Assembly: GCA_964016885.1 (NCBI GenBank)
Contig: OZ024754.1
Coordinates: 39,122,001 to 39,186,000, forward strand
Direction: 5' to 3'
Length of the DNA: 64,000 nt
Source: Eledone cirrhosa
Lineage: Eukaryota
The translations under genes were made by a program, and so were the position numbers. Shown here in pieces: positions 39,725-52,395 of this stretch; position 1 is the stretch's first letter, and each line of letters begins with the position of its first letter. A model generated the notes under the pieces. The model saw only the letters and a list, made by a program, of their open reading frames with translations, did no database searches and had not been told where the DNA came from.

Positions 39725-39879
39725 TATATATATATAAATAAATATATAACGAAGGAGTTGTGGTAAGGAACCAGATGGACCATAACGCACCAGAGTACTC
39801 AATACTTAGGGTAGTAGAGTGGGTAATAGGAAAATGTATGGGGTCATACATTTTCCTATTTATGTATATATAAATATAT

Positions 39880-40262
39880 ATACAGTGTACTCCTGGCATT
39901 CGCAGTCTTGCTACTTGTGGTCCTGGTTATTTGCAGAATTTTCCTTAGAACCAAACTAACAATTGTTCGTGAAAACCACCGCATACTCATGGAATCGTAA
40001 ATATCTTCCACAATTTTTTTAATGGCTTTTTTCGTGGCATTAAATATTTTTTTAATGCTAAATTATTAATAGCAATATACCGTATTTGTCTGCCTATTGG
40101 ATGCCCCTTCGCATAAAATGCTCCCTCTTTTTTATTATATTTTACATTATATTTTGACATTTATAGGCATTTTTCTGGACCACGTCCAATATTTGCAGTG
40201 CTTTCACTCTTTGTGGGGGATCTACGAACATAAACCCCAGCAAATCCCGGGGGACAACTATA
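39880..40262. mobile_element. Degenerate Tigger/pogo-like MITE
   Basis: Imperfect TIRs TACAGTGTACTCCTGGCATTCGC / GCAAATCCCGGGGGACAACTATA. Confidence 0.4.
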
Positions 40263-40349
40263 TATATATATATATATAGCATAAACAAACTGTCATTTGT
40301 GGCAATAAAGGTTCTTTTAATATGTGGTGTGGTAAATAAATATGCATAA

Positions 40350-40975
40350 GAACAGCAATATTGCATGGTAGTGAGACTTGGGCGCTATGTGCAGAAGACT
40401 TGCATAGATTGGAAAGGAATGAAGCTTGCTTGCTCTGATGGATGTGTAATAGTAATATATATGTGTGAACGGCAAAGCATAAACGTACTTAGAGAGAAAC
40501 TAGGCATAAGACGAATCAGATGCAGTGTGCAGGAGAGGAAACTGCATTGGTATGGACATGTGATGCATATGAAGGATGACAGCTGTATAAAAAGGTGCAT
40601 AGTGCTCAAAGTTGATGGAATCCTTGGAGTGGGGAGACCTAGGAAGACTTGGGATGAGGTGATAAAAGCTGACCTTGCTCAATTGCACTTCTCAAAGACA
40701 ATGACACAGGACCAGGATCTCTGACATTATGTAGTAATACTGAAGACCCACCTTCCCATGAGGACAGGCTGAAGCTGAAGTATACATATATATAGTATGC
40801 ACCACACACACCCTCCCACACGTCTCCTGAATGTGGACAGGCTGTAGTATACATCCAATGAATCCTCCAGCCCACACTGTAAAGTGGTCATGATGACGAC
40901 ATGACTAAAAGCACCCAGCCCACACCCTAAAGTGGTTCTGATGGCAACACAGCAAAAAGCACTCAGCCCATGTTT
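40350..40975 (+). mobile_element. Degraded RTE 3' fragment
   Basis: LHGSETWAL..LHWYGHVMHMKDD..GRPRKTWDEVIK with frameshifts. Confidence 0.8.
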
Positions 40976-41129
40976 TTGACGTAGGTCCTTCATCATAAGA
41001 CAGAATGAGAGATGGAAGAAAAAACAGGAATATAGATAAGAGTAAAAAAATAAAGAAAATTGGAACAAATGTTCTCAGGAGAAAAACACACATGAAGTTG
41101 TCAGCCATTTATATTGGCAATTATATATC

Positions 41130-42157
41130 TACGAGGTGCTTCAAAAAGTTGGTGGAAAAAGGACAGTTGGAAAAAACTGCTTAAGTTATGATGTTTATTT
41201 TATCAACATATGCTCCATCTAGGTCAATACATTTCTGCAAGCATTGATACCAGCCTTTAAGTTCATCTGTGTAAAACTAATGGCCATGCAATTTAACCCT
41301 TTAGTATTTGCATTACTCTATATTTACTATGTGAAGGCACATGGCTTAGTGGTTAAAGCATTGGGCTTGCAATCGAAAGGTTGTGAGTTCAATTCTCGGA
41401 CTGGATGATGTGTTGTTTCCTTGAGCAAGACACTTTATTTCACGTTGCTCCAGTTTACTCAGCTGTAGAAATGAGTACCGGCCTGCCCACCCAGCCAGTG
41501 GGATGGAGTTATCTTATGGCTAAAACAGCATGACGTGCTGTGACCAGCGGCGCTAATTGGCGCCCGACAGACTGGTCGGTCAAAGTGATCAAGGTGATAT
41601 TTACTATTGTATTTTCACGGCAAAGGCTTTACCTTACATAATTATCTCATGTAATATCGAATCTATGAGATTTTAATGTTATTTATTTTGAGAACAATAC
41701 CTTAACACTAGTTTAAGTGACCAGTAATAGCTGGTTTAAACAAAAAGAAATCAGCCGGATACAGCCGGTTTAAATGCTAAAGGGTTAAACCATGTCAAAG
41801 CAGCTCTTTTTGCATCTTCAACCTCATCTCTTCCACTTCTAAAACAACTTATCCATTTGTACGTTGTTCATTTCTTTGGGGCATTGTCCCCATAAACTTG
41901 CTCCAGAGCATCAATGATTTGGCTGTTCTTCCACCCTAGCTTCACCGTGAATTTGTTGTTTTGATGGCCACCATGTTGCTAGAACAGATGCTGAGTTCTG
42001 ACTGTCATCACCACGTTGCAACATGCATTTAATGATTCATGTTAGAACATGTTATGACACATTAGTACGAGAACGTACAGGTGCATTGAGATCAAAATCC
42101 CTGAATATCAGTTTTAGCTATGTACTTTTGCCACAAACCTTTTGAAGCCCCCTTGTT
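41130..42157 (-). mobile_element. Internally deleted mariner (irritans/Hsmar2-like)
   Basis: TIRs TACGAGGTGCTTCAAAAAGTT / AACCTTTTGAAGCCCCCTTGT; remnants KFTVKLGWKNSQIIDALEQVYGDNAPK and GWYQCLQKCIDLDGAYVDK*. Confidence 0.82.
41293..41788 (+). mobile_element. piggyBac-like MITE nested in the mariner, containing a SINE (41331-41597)
   Basis: TTAA target duplication at both ends; SINE flanked by TATTTACTAT TSD. Confidence 0.85.
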
Positions 42158-42383
42158 TATATATATTGTAGTAAAAAACCAGGAGATTATACCTGTAGTA
42201 ACTGCAGCCGTACACAGGTTGAAAATCCATTTGGTTTGCTAATTTATATTTATAGCTATATATATATATATATTTCAAGGGCGGTCGACGTAGATACAAG
42301 TTGCTAAAATACTGGCCACTCTCTTGTCTCTGATTTAAACACCAAAGATTATTATCTGTTATATTCCTTCGTTATATTTTGAA

Positions 42384-42441
42384 TTACCTGATGATGTCAC
42401 CGGATTCATACTGAACCTGGTCATTGAAATGATCATAGTAA
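42384..42441 (+). ncRNA. Minimal type I hammerhead ribozyme
   Basis: ttac-CTGATGA-stem II (accgg..ctggt)-GAAA-tgatca-TA-gtaa; palindromic stem III; AATAAA follows. Confidence 0.7.
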
Positions 42442-42535
42442 AATAAACATTTCAAGGATTTACACCAGAACATGCCTCCTGTTATTTTGTAATATATATA
42501 TATCATCTTCGTTTATCATTCATCTTCCATGCTAG

Positions 42536-42564
<29 letters not shown>

Positions 42565-42569
<5 letters not shown>

Positions 42570-42758
42570 GCTTCTACTTTTGGCACAAGGCCAGCAATTA
42601 CCCAGTGCATTACTGGTACTTTATTTTATCGACCCCGTAAGGATGAAAAGCAAAGTTAACCTTGGCAGGATTTGAACTCAGATTGGAAAGGGCCATAACT
42701 CTAATGCTGGAAAGCATGGCGTCCAACCCTCTACCGATACTGCCAATCCACCGCCCTA
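42565..42758 (-). mobile_element. SINE family B
   Basis: Reverse of 33683-33876. Confidence 0.85.
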
Positions 42759-43393
42759 TATATATGTATATAATACTAATTAATTACTGGGATGGAGTTT
42801 AATCAATTATACCATTTATACAGGCATGTGTGTATAATTGTATAATATATATCTATAAATATATATACATCTATATCCAAAATTAAGATAAATTAAATGA
42901 ATTTAATCTAAATCAAAATTATGGGTGTCATGCCAAAAAGACATGCGCCATATCACCTGGAAAATAAGCTCTAAGATTCTAACGAGTAGGTCCGAGCATT
43001 TTATAATAACTAGAAATTGAATAACATATATAAACATGAATAATCACAGGAAAAATTATCTTGTTTATATATATGTTAATCAATTTCTAGTTATTATAAA
43101 TATATATACATATATTTATACACACACACACATATTTATATAATATATATATATATATATAGATATTTGTATGTAAAAGGTAAACAGAAATAAGAACACA
43201 CTTGGTACAGTATATGGAGGGTATATATTAGTTTAACGCTTGATATAGCAGTGTGTGTGTGCATGAATATATATCATCATCATCATCATGTATATAAATA
43301 TATATTTATTTATCTATATAATAACAAATATTTATATATAAATATTAATATATATTTATATATAATATAAATAAGATAAGGGTAATATTGTGT

Positions 43394-44537
43394 CATCATC
43401 ATCATCATCATCATCACCGTTTTACGTCCGTCCTTCCACGCTAGCATGGGTTAGACGGGTTGTCCTGTTGTGGGCAGTGTCTGGTCGGCTGACCATGCCT
43501 TGCTCATACAGGAACTGATCTGGCTTGATTTCTACAGCTGGATGCCCTTCCTAACACCAACCTCATTTACAGTGAGTGCTGGGTGCTTTTTCGTGGCGCC
43601 TACACGTCCACTTTACAGTGTGGGCTGGGTGCTTTTTTGCCGTGGCACCTCCACGGCCACCTTGCGGTGGAGGGGGGGGGGGGGCATATTGTTTATATGC
43701 TTCAGCATGTACCCATGGGAGGTCGGGTACCCTGTATTACTGCGTGACGCCAGAAGTCACGGTCGTGTGTCATTGACTTTGAGAGGTGTAGTTGGGTAAG
43801 GTCGGCTTTTATCACCTCATCCCAAGTCATCTTGGGTCTCCCCACTCCGCGGTTTCCATCAACTTCTAGTGCTCTGCACCTTTTTATGCAGCTGTCATCC
43901 TTCATACGCATCACATGTCCATACCAGCGTAACCGCCTCTCCTGCACGCAGCATTTGATTCCTCTTATGCTCAGTCTCTCTCTCAATTCCTTTTTGCTTT
44001 GTCGTTCACGTATATTACTGTTACACATCCATCGGAGCATGCAGGCTTCGTTTCTCTCTAATCTACGTAAGTCTTCCACCTTCAGCGCCCAGGTCTCACT
44101 ACCATGCAACATCGCTGTTCGGATACACGCATCATACAGTCTGCCTTTCATTCTGAGGGAGAAGCCTTTTGCAGCTAGCAGTGGTAGTAGTTCCCTAAAC
44201 TTCTTCCATCCCGTTCTTACCCTAGTTATTGTACTTTCTGAGCACCCACCTCCGTTGCTAATTCGGTCACCTAGGTAGCAGAAGCTGTCTACTGTTTCTA
44301 CAGGGCCCTCCCAGAGATTGGTGGTACTTGTTTCCTGTGGTTGTTTGCTGCTTGCTGTCCCAGCACAGCTGCTGCATGTGAAGCCTACATTCTTAATTAA
44401 GCTTCCTGAGATCCCGCTACATCTCTTGTGTACCCATTGTTTGCATTTGGGGCAGAGAATGGAGTTTCTACCTACACCTTTCCTACATACTGAGCAAGGC
44501 CATTTCCCTGAGGGGATCTGGGTTCTGTTTTCTCGTC
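43394..44537 (-). mobile_element. 5'-truncated RTE-clade LINE, second subfamily
   Basis: PHD-like finger, FCYLGD, HGSETW, RRLRWYGHV, GRPKMTW; its 3' UTR matches the tail of SINE family A. Confidence 0.9.
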
Positions 44538-44660
<123 letters not shown>

Positions 44661-45084
44661 CAATTATACACACATGCCTGTATAAATGGTATAATTGATT
44701 AAACTCCATCCCAGTAGTTAATTAGTATTCTAAAACAATAAAATTTAATCAGCTTATATTATAATTATTGTTGTTGTTGCTGTTATATTGTCATAATATG
44801 TTATTTTTACTAACATTCTAATTACCCCATTTCCACTTAAGGAATTCATTTGCTTTTTCTCTTTCTCTCTCCATCTCTATAGTGCAATCATATTTTACTG
44901 TGTATATATACATAAATACATACATGTATATATACATTTTTTTAATCTAAATTTTTTTTCTCTTTCTCTCACTACCTGTCTCCTCAATCTTTCTATTTCT
45001 TTTTTGAATCTCTCATTTTATTTCTTGATGAAGGACTAGCATCCGAAACATTAAGACCCTTTTCCTACTATATCAAGTATAAAA

Positions 45085-45950
45085 CTAAAATATTTTCCCG
45101 GAGGATAGTGAGGGAGACGCATTGGAAGAGCCAAACCTGTGGGTAGCCAACTCTGTGCCGATGGTGGTGAGTAAGGAGGTGGTCCTAGAGCCAAGGACAC
45201 CAGAAGTCTCCACTGTTATGGGCTCGACCGCACACCTGTTGGAGAGTGACTGATTTTTGGAGAGTTTACTCTCCTCGGTCTGAAGTGCAGCAGAGCCTGG
45301 GTTAGTCATAGACTGCACCAGGTTACCACTGGAGAATGTGTCGCTGCATGTGGCATCTCAGATGGGAAGATGGTCATGCCAACTCCTTGGTCCAGCCCTG
45401 CCAACGCAAGCTGGGTGGGGAAATCTGCAGCATCCAAACCATGCTTTGTGACCTCATTGAGAGTAGCATGATGTGGAAGGCGGCTGGCTCTGTAGCGATA
45501 AGAAAGCGGGTGAAGGCTGATAAAGTTTATGGTGGATCCGCAGCAACATTTATGCAGCTCGCAGATCCAGAGGCCAAGCCTCAGGGAACTTCGATTTACA
45601 GGCTATCATTATACAGTTGCGTGCGTGCCAGTCGAAAAGGATTTGTAAGGCATTGAGCCAGGCACCACTGTGGTGTTGTTTGAGCTAGTGTGCTAGCCTA
45701 TCTGAGGCCATGTTGCACTGGATTGCATCCCATATACTCTGGAGGGATTTGATATCTACAGGGGAAAGAGCGGAGGGACATCTTCTGAGCGGAGTGAGAA
45801 CCAGTTCCAAGTCTCGCAGGTGGCCTCACGTTCCTCAATCACAGTGGACTCTGGTGTGTTGTGGAGAACCCTGTTGATGAGGGCATGGCAAGAGGTTACC
45901 AATGAAAGAAACGCTGGTAAAGCCAGCAAGACAGGAGACCAATACCACCA
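45085..45950 (-). mobile_element. Degraded CRE-like non-LTR element (restriction-like endonuclease end)
   Basis: LRLGL..CELHKCCCG..HPLS..RLPHHATLN zinc-knuckle remnant, then GMTIFP..DAT..DTF..PGSAA..EESKLSK..EPITVETSGVLG. Confidence 0.7.
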
Positions 45951-45994
45951 TTTCTATCAACCCATTCATTTGTCCGTCCGTCCGTCCATCTATA

Positions 45995-46335
45995 TGGAGA
46001 GAGAGGTGCTGTACCCCAGCAAGTTTTATGAAAGGTGGGTGAAAGTGGCGAGAATGGCCCGAGTGAATGGGCCTTCTCTCTATATCAGCCTGTAGGTTGA
46101 GGAAAAGGAGGAGGAGAGGAAAGGAGTACAAGCTCTTCGTACTCCTGGAGATGAGGGTTGCACATTTTTTTTCGGGGGTATGTGTTACCCATATAAACTG
46201 TCTCCCTCTATTGGGGAAAATCGACTAACTTTTAAATTCCATCTGTGATAACATTTTACACGTTTTTATTGTATGTAAACTTCCCCCTTTGTATTTGTCC
46301 CCTTCTTTTGTGCCCCTGTGGCTAATAAAGAAATA
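45995..46335 (+). mobile_element. L1/Tx1-like 3' fragment
   Basis: EREVLYPSKFYERWVKVARMARVNGPSL; ends CCCTGTGGCTAATAAAGAAA, like 1-415. Confidence 0.6.
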
Positions 46336-46429
46336 TATCTATCTATAGTTAATCCTAGTATTTCCTTATCCATCTCCCTTACATTTGATCTCATTTTCTC
46401 TTTTCTTTTCTTTTCTTTTAATTTCTAGA

Positions 46430-46469
<40 letters not shown>

Positions 46470-46470
46470 C

Positions 46471-46511
<41 letters not shown>

Positions 46512-46512
46512 C

Positions 46513-46571
<59 letters not shown>

Positions 46572-46593
46572 CAGTAGTAGTAGTAGTAGTAGC

Positions 46594-46652
<59 letters not shown>

Positions 46653-46704
46653 CAGCAGTAGTAGTAGTAGTAGCAGTAGTAGTAGTAGTAGTAGTAGTAG
46701 TAGC

Positions 46705-46754
<50 letters not shown>

Positions 46755-47055
46755 CAGCAGCAGTAGTAGTAGTAGCAGTAGTAGTAGTAGTAGTAGTAGT
46801 AGCAGTAGTAGTAGTAGTAGTAGCAGTAGCAGTAGTAGTAGTAGTAGCAGTAGTAGTAGTAGTAGTAGTAGCAGTAGTAGTAGTAGTAGTAGCAGTAGTA
46901 GTAGTAGTAGTACTAGTAGCAGTAGTAGCAGTAGCAGTAGTAGTAGTAGTAGCAGTAGTAGTAGTAGTAGCAGTAGTAGTAGTAGTAGTAGCAGTAGTAG
47001 TAGTAGTAGTAGTAGTAGCAGTAGTAGCAGTAGCAGTAGTAGTAGTAGTAGTAGT

Positions 47056-47117
<62 letters not shown>

Positions 47118-47120
47118 CAG
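46430..47120. repeat. (GTA/GCA)n tract
   Basis: Seen directly. Confidence 0.95.
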
Positions 47121-47158
47121 AGCATTATTACTATTACTATTATTACTATTATTACTAG

Positions 47159-48306
47159 TTCAAATTTCATTTGAAAAGGAAAATCAGGGTAGAGGGGGAA
47201 GTGCTCTCTTCCCAGCATTTTGTTGAAAGATGGGTGAGAGAGGCAAGAATGGCCCGAGTGAATGGGCCTACTCTGAGTATCATCATCATCATCATCAACG
47301 TTTAACGTCCGTGTTCCACGCTTGCATGGGTTTGGACGGGGGTAGTCCCACTTGAGGCAAGAGTGATTGTCTTGCTCGCATAGGACTGTCTGGCAGGTTT
47401 TCTACAGTTGGATGCCCTTCCTAACACCAACCACATTTACAGTGTGGGGCTGGGAGGTTTTTACCGTGTTGCCTACACGGCCACATTACAGCGTGGACTG
47501 TCTGGCAGGTTTTCTACAGTTGGATGCCCTTCCTAACACCAACCACATTTACAGTGTGGGGCTGGGAGGTTTTTACCGTGTTGCCTACACGGCCACATTA
47601 CAGCGTGGACTGTCTGGCAGGTTTTCTACAGTTGGATGCCCTTCCTAACACCAACCACATTTACAGTGTGGGGCTGGGAGGTTTTTACCATTTTGCCTAC
47701 ACGGCCACATTACAGCGTGGACTGTCTGGCAGGTTTTCTACAGTTGGATGCCCTTCCTAACACCAACCACATTTACAGTGTGGGGCTGGGAGGTTTTTAC
47801 CGTGTTGCCTACACGGCCACATTACAGCGTGGACTGTGTGTTTTTTTGTCGTGACACCTACACGATCTCATTTGTTTCGGCCTGGATGGCGCGGCACCAA
47901 CATAACTTTACATAGAACGGGGTGGTGTGGATGGGGTGGGGGTGGTGGCGGGACGGGGTGTATTTTGTTAGAGATGCCTACTGGCAAGGCGGGTCTTCTC
48001 TGTTACTGAGTACCGCCAAAGGTCTCGGTCCAGTGACATTGTGTATGTGTCTGTAAATTAAAGGTGGAAAACTGGGAGAGGGCACTTGCCCTGGTGGTCA
48101 GGGTCACTGTGGCTTTTTAATGGGCTTTCTCCACGAATGTCCCTCGGAGGTCTCCCCCCTATTGGGGAATTTTTTCATTGTTCTATTATTACATCCTCTG
48201 TTGCTTGTTTTTTTTACGTGCAGAAATGCCCTTTTGTACCGTCCTGTATTGTCCTGTACTGTCCTTAATGTCTACTTTCTGTAAACCCTTGTGGTTAATA
48301 AAGAAA
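47159..48306 (+). mobile_element. L1/Tx1-like 3' fragment split by a minus-strand RTE 3' insert (47279-48041) carrying four 112-bp tandem units
   Basis: KFHLKRKIRVEGEVL..VERWVREARMARVNGPTL at left; the UTR resumes near 48042 and ends GTGGTTAATAAAGAA; AGCATTATTACTA occurs on both flanks. Confidence 0.7.
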
Positions 48307-48309
48307 GCA

Positions 48310-48495
48310 TTATTACTAGTATCAGCAGCAGTTATAGTAATAGTAATATCAGTAGTAGTAGTAGTAGTAGTAGCAGTAGTAGTAGTAGTAGTAGTATTGT
48401 CATCAGGAGCAGCAGTAATAATAGTGTTATCAGTAATAATAGTAGTAGTAGTAATATATATCAGCAGCAGCTGTAGTAATAACAGTAGTAGTAAC

Positions 48496-48553
<58 letters not shown>

Positions 48554-48595
48554 ATATGTATCAGCAGCAGCTGTAGTAATAACAGTAGTAGTAAC

Positions 48596-48659
<64 letters not shown>

Positions 48660-48701
48660 ATATGTATCAGCAGCAGCTGTAGTAATAACAGTAGTAGTAA
48701 C

Positions 48702-48750
<49 letters not shown>

Positions 48751-48794
48751 ATATGTATCAGCAGCAGCTGTAGTAATAACACTAGTAGTAACAA

Positions 48795-48841
<47 letters not shown>

Positions 48842-48885
48842 TTATGTATCAGCAGCAGCTGTAGTAATAACACTAGTAGTAACAA

Positions 48886-48932
<47 letters not shown>

Positions 48933-48966
48933 TTATGTATCAGCAGCAGCTGTAGTAATAACACTA
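48310..48966. repeat. Compound minisatellite ATGTATCAGCAGCAGCTGTAGTAATAAC + (AGT)n
   Basis: Seen directly; resumes at 50660-50900 after the CR1 insertion. Confidence 0.9.
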
Positions 48967-50659
48967 TCAACTTATCGAGTTTCTTGAAGACATCACCCGG
49001 ATCACTGATGGCGGCTCATGGGTGGATGTTGTGGACCTTGACTGCGAAAGCTTTCAATTATGTGCCACACAAAAGGCTTATGGCAAAACTCTCTGCAATG
49101 GATGTGAAGGATGATCTTTTTAACTGGTTGAAGTCCTTCATTCTCAGTCAAAGAGAGGTAGTCATGGTTCTGGGACAGCATTCCTCACCATATGAGATGT
49201 CATCTGGTGTACCACAGGGATCTGTTCTTGGGCCCCCTTTTGTTTGCGGCATATATTAATGACATAGATGCCAACTTAAAGAATGCCACAGTACTAAAGT
49301 ACACAGATGACATCAAGCTGTACCTTGAGATAAAAAGGACAAATCCTGAACACTATAGATCTTGCTTGCAGTCTGACCTGGACACAATGCAACAATGGAT
49401 CTCAGACTGGCAACTCAAGCTAGCTGTGGACAAGTGTACCACCATGCATTTTGGGAGTAAAAACCTAACGTCCACATACTCCCTCCACAGCACTAATATC
49501 AAGAAGTCTTCTTGTGAACGTGACCTGGGCATTACGGTCAGCAGCGATTTGTGTTGGACGAAGCACATCTCTAAAATTGTCAAGAGGGCCGAGGGTGTCT
49601 TAGCATCACTCAGCAAGACCTTTGTCAGCCGCTCTCCAGCTATCTATTTAAGGCTGTACATGGCTATGGTGCGGCCACACTTAGAATTTGCATCACCAGT
49701 CTGGAACCCCTATCTTGCTCAGAACATTGACCGCCTGGAAACTGTTCAGAGACGTGCAACCAAGCGAATACCCTCCATCAGGCATCTACCATACTCTGAG
49801 CGCCTTGCTTCCCTGGGCATGGATACATTGAAGCTCCGACACCTGGCAACTAACTTGGTAAACACCCTCAAAATTGTTAACCATGTTGCCAATAACAACC
49901 CTGAGTACCTTTTTGATTTCCATGTGTCTAACACACGTGGGCATGCCCACAAAGTCAGAAAACAGCACAGTTCCCATGACTTTCGGAAACATTTTTTTAC
50001 GCTCAGAGTTGCTGAAGTATGGTACAAACTACCTGCATCGGTTGTTAGCTGCCGAGACACTGCATCCTTTAAAACCTCCATCCTTCCCGAGATTCGCCAA
50101 CACTACACCTAATGTTCCCCCTCCATACACATACACACATGTATACCATGACTCATACACTATTCACTTCCCTGAGATTTGTGCATTATTCTCGGTGGAT
50201 TGGCAGTATCGGTAGAGGGTCGGACGCCATGCTTTCCAGCATAGTTACGTCCCTTTACGGTCTGAGTTCAAATCCCGCCGAGGTTGACTTTGCCTTTCAT
50301 CCTTACGGGGTCGATAAAATAAAGTACCAGTAATGCACTGGATAATTGCTGGCCTTGTGCCAAAAGAAGAAACAATTATTCTATATACTATTAGGGCGGT
50401 GGATTGGCAGTATCGGTAGAGGGTCGGACACCATGCTTTCCAGCATAGTTACGTCCCTTTACAATCTGAGTTCAAATCCCGCCGAGGTTCACTTTGCCTT
50501 TCATCCTTACGGGGTCGATAAAATAAAGTACCAGTAATGTACTGGATAATTGCTGGCCCTGTGCCAAAATAGAAACAATTATTCTATATACTATACATGC
50601 ACCTTTGACGAGTTGTAGTGCACCTGAGCACTTTACACAATAATTTCATTATTATTATT
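48967..50659 (+). pseudogene. 5'-truncated, frameshifted copy of the CR1 LINE
   Basis: Highly similar to 1950-3205 reversed; YTDD; stop at 50112; two SINE B copies (50193-50378, 50392-50580) in the 3' UTR; (ATT)n tail. Confidence 0.92.
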
Positions 50660-50933
50660 ACTAGTAGTAACAGTAGTAGTAGTAGTAATATGTATCAGCA
50701 GCAGCTGTAGTAGTAGTAGTAGTAGTAGTAATATGTATCAGCAGCAGCTATAGTAATAACAGCAGTAGTAATATGTATCAGCAGCAGCTGTAGTAATAAC
50801 ACTAGTAGTAACAGTAGTAGTAGTAGTAGTAATATGTATCAGCAGCAGCTGTAGTAATAATAGTAGTAGTAGTAACATCAGCAGCAGCTGTAGTAATAGT
50901 GTTGCTGTATGCAGCAGAACTTCTTCAGCAATC

Positions 50934-51062
50934 ATGGCTTCCTTTCGTAAGACCACAGCGGAAAGAAGCCAGGAAGGAAAATCAGTTCACAAAAACGGTA
51001 CAAGTAATGGCATATCAAACAAACAGAAAAACGGACATGGATCAGGTTCTAACGGTAGCAAT
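50934..51062 (+). CDS. Candidate first coding exon of a host gene
   Basis: GCAATCATGG start context; 43 codons MASFRKTTAERSQEGKSVHKNGTSNGISNKQKNGHGSGSNGSN; donor AAT|GTAAGT; CpG-retaining sequence follows. Confidence 0.6.
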
Positions 51063-51578
51063 GTAAGTGTGTTTATTTTTGTATAAAAATCTTAAGAAAA
51101 TTACCAAAAAGTAATCATAAGTCTACCGCAACCATATCTTGTTTGTATGTCTATATCGGTCGGTTTTGTAAAGATCCGTTTAGTATTGAAAAGCTTTCCC
51201 TTTTAGTTCGATATCCCTTAACATTGATGATGTTTACAAGCTTGTGGTTCTTCTATTTATCGTTTATTATGATATTTATTTAACAACCGTAGTTTTCTGT
51301 TAAGGTGTATGTATGTATGTATGTATGTATGTATGTATCGCTAGGAAACCCTGCGTATTTAAATCAAATTGGGCGTGTTTAGCTCTTGCTCCTCACTTGT
51401 TACAACCTCTCCCTCTTTCTCTCTCTCGTGGGAACTTGCATGTATATTTACCACTATTTTCTTGTCTTCCCAACATACATATACATACATATATATATAT
51501 ATACATACACACACACATCCCTCTGTATCGCGGAGGAACTATATATACACACACACACATCTTTCTGTGTCTCGAAAG

Positions 51579-51619
<41 letters not shown>

Positions 51620-52154
51620 GGGTGTCCCTCCACCAACAGATGTCCCGGAGGACTTTTGACTATTTTCAGATCTCCCTGAGGAACTTACATATTCATTTTC
51701 TATCTTTTTTTTTGTGTGTGGTTTGTTTCTATTTCGGAATTCCAAGAAAACCAGTAATCGCCGTTAAATTGAAGTAAACTCCCGGTTAACCGATCCACGG
51801 CCCGGTTTCAACTCCTTACCTCTTTGTAAAGCTATTTTACTTCTTTCCCTCATCTCCCTCCTCTTTTCATTTGAAAAAAGAAATGCACGATTGAAACCCA
51901 TTCACTCATTTCTCCTCCCCAACTATCTTAAACCTATTTGAGATCTTGTGCCAATGTAGTAAATCACTATATGGTTATTCAACTTGCTAGAAACACCAGC
52001 CAAACGTTGTCCCTCGTGTCACAACACTCACACACCTACCATTAAAAGGAAAGGAGACATTAGATAAACTAGTTCCAAATAACACACACACACACACACA
52101 TATATCGACGGTGTGGCCATGGCTGGAATGCCTTTCATTATATGTCTGCTCATT

Positions 52155-52395
52155 AAGGGCGGTGGATTGGCAGTATCGGTAGAGCGTCGGACATGCTTTG
52201 CGGCGTATAGTTACATCCCTTTACGTTCCGAGTTGAAATCCCGCCGAGGTTAGCTTTGCTTTTCATCCTGACCAGGTTGATAAAATAAAGTACCAGTAAT
52301 ACACTGGGGATTGATTTAACCAACTTTCCCCCGTTCTCTCCCCCCGCCCCCTACAAAAAAAATTGTTGGCCTTGTGCCTAAACCTGAAACTATTA
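52155..52395 (+). mobile_element. SINE family B (longer variant)
   Basis: Same head and body with an extra internal block; further copies or fragments at 53390-53563(-), 54510-54665, 55285-55370, 58122-58237(-), 61560-61740. Confidence 0.8.

Noticed and set aside
45020-45055. Hammerhead as a functional feature
   Set aside because: The core is mutated (TTGATGA; GAAACATT), so it is counted only as a decayed copy.
51617-51690. CAGGGTGTCCC Tc1/mariner-like end
   Set aside because: No matching second TIR found.
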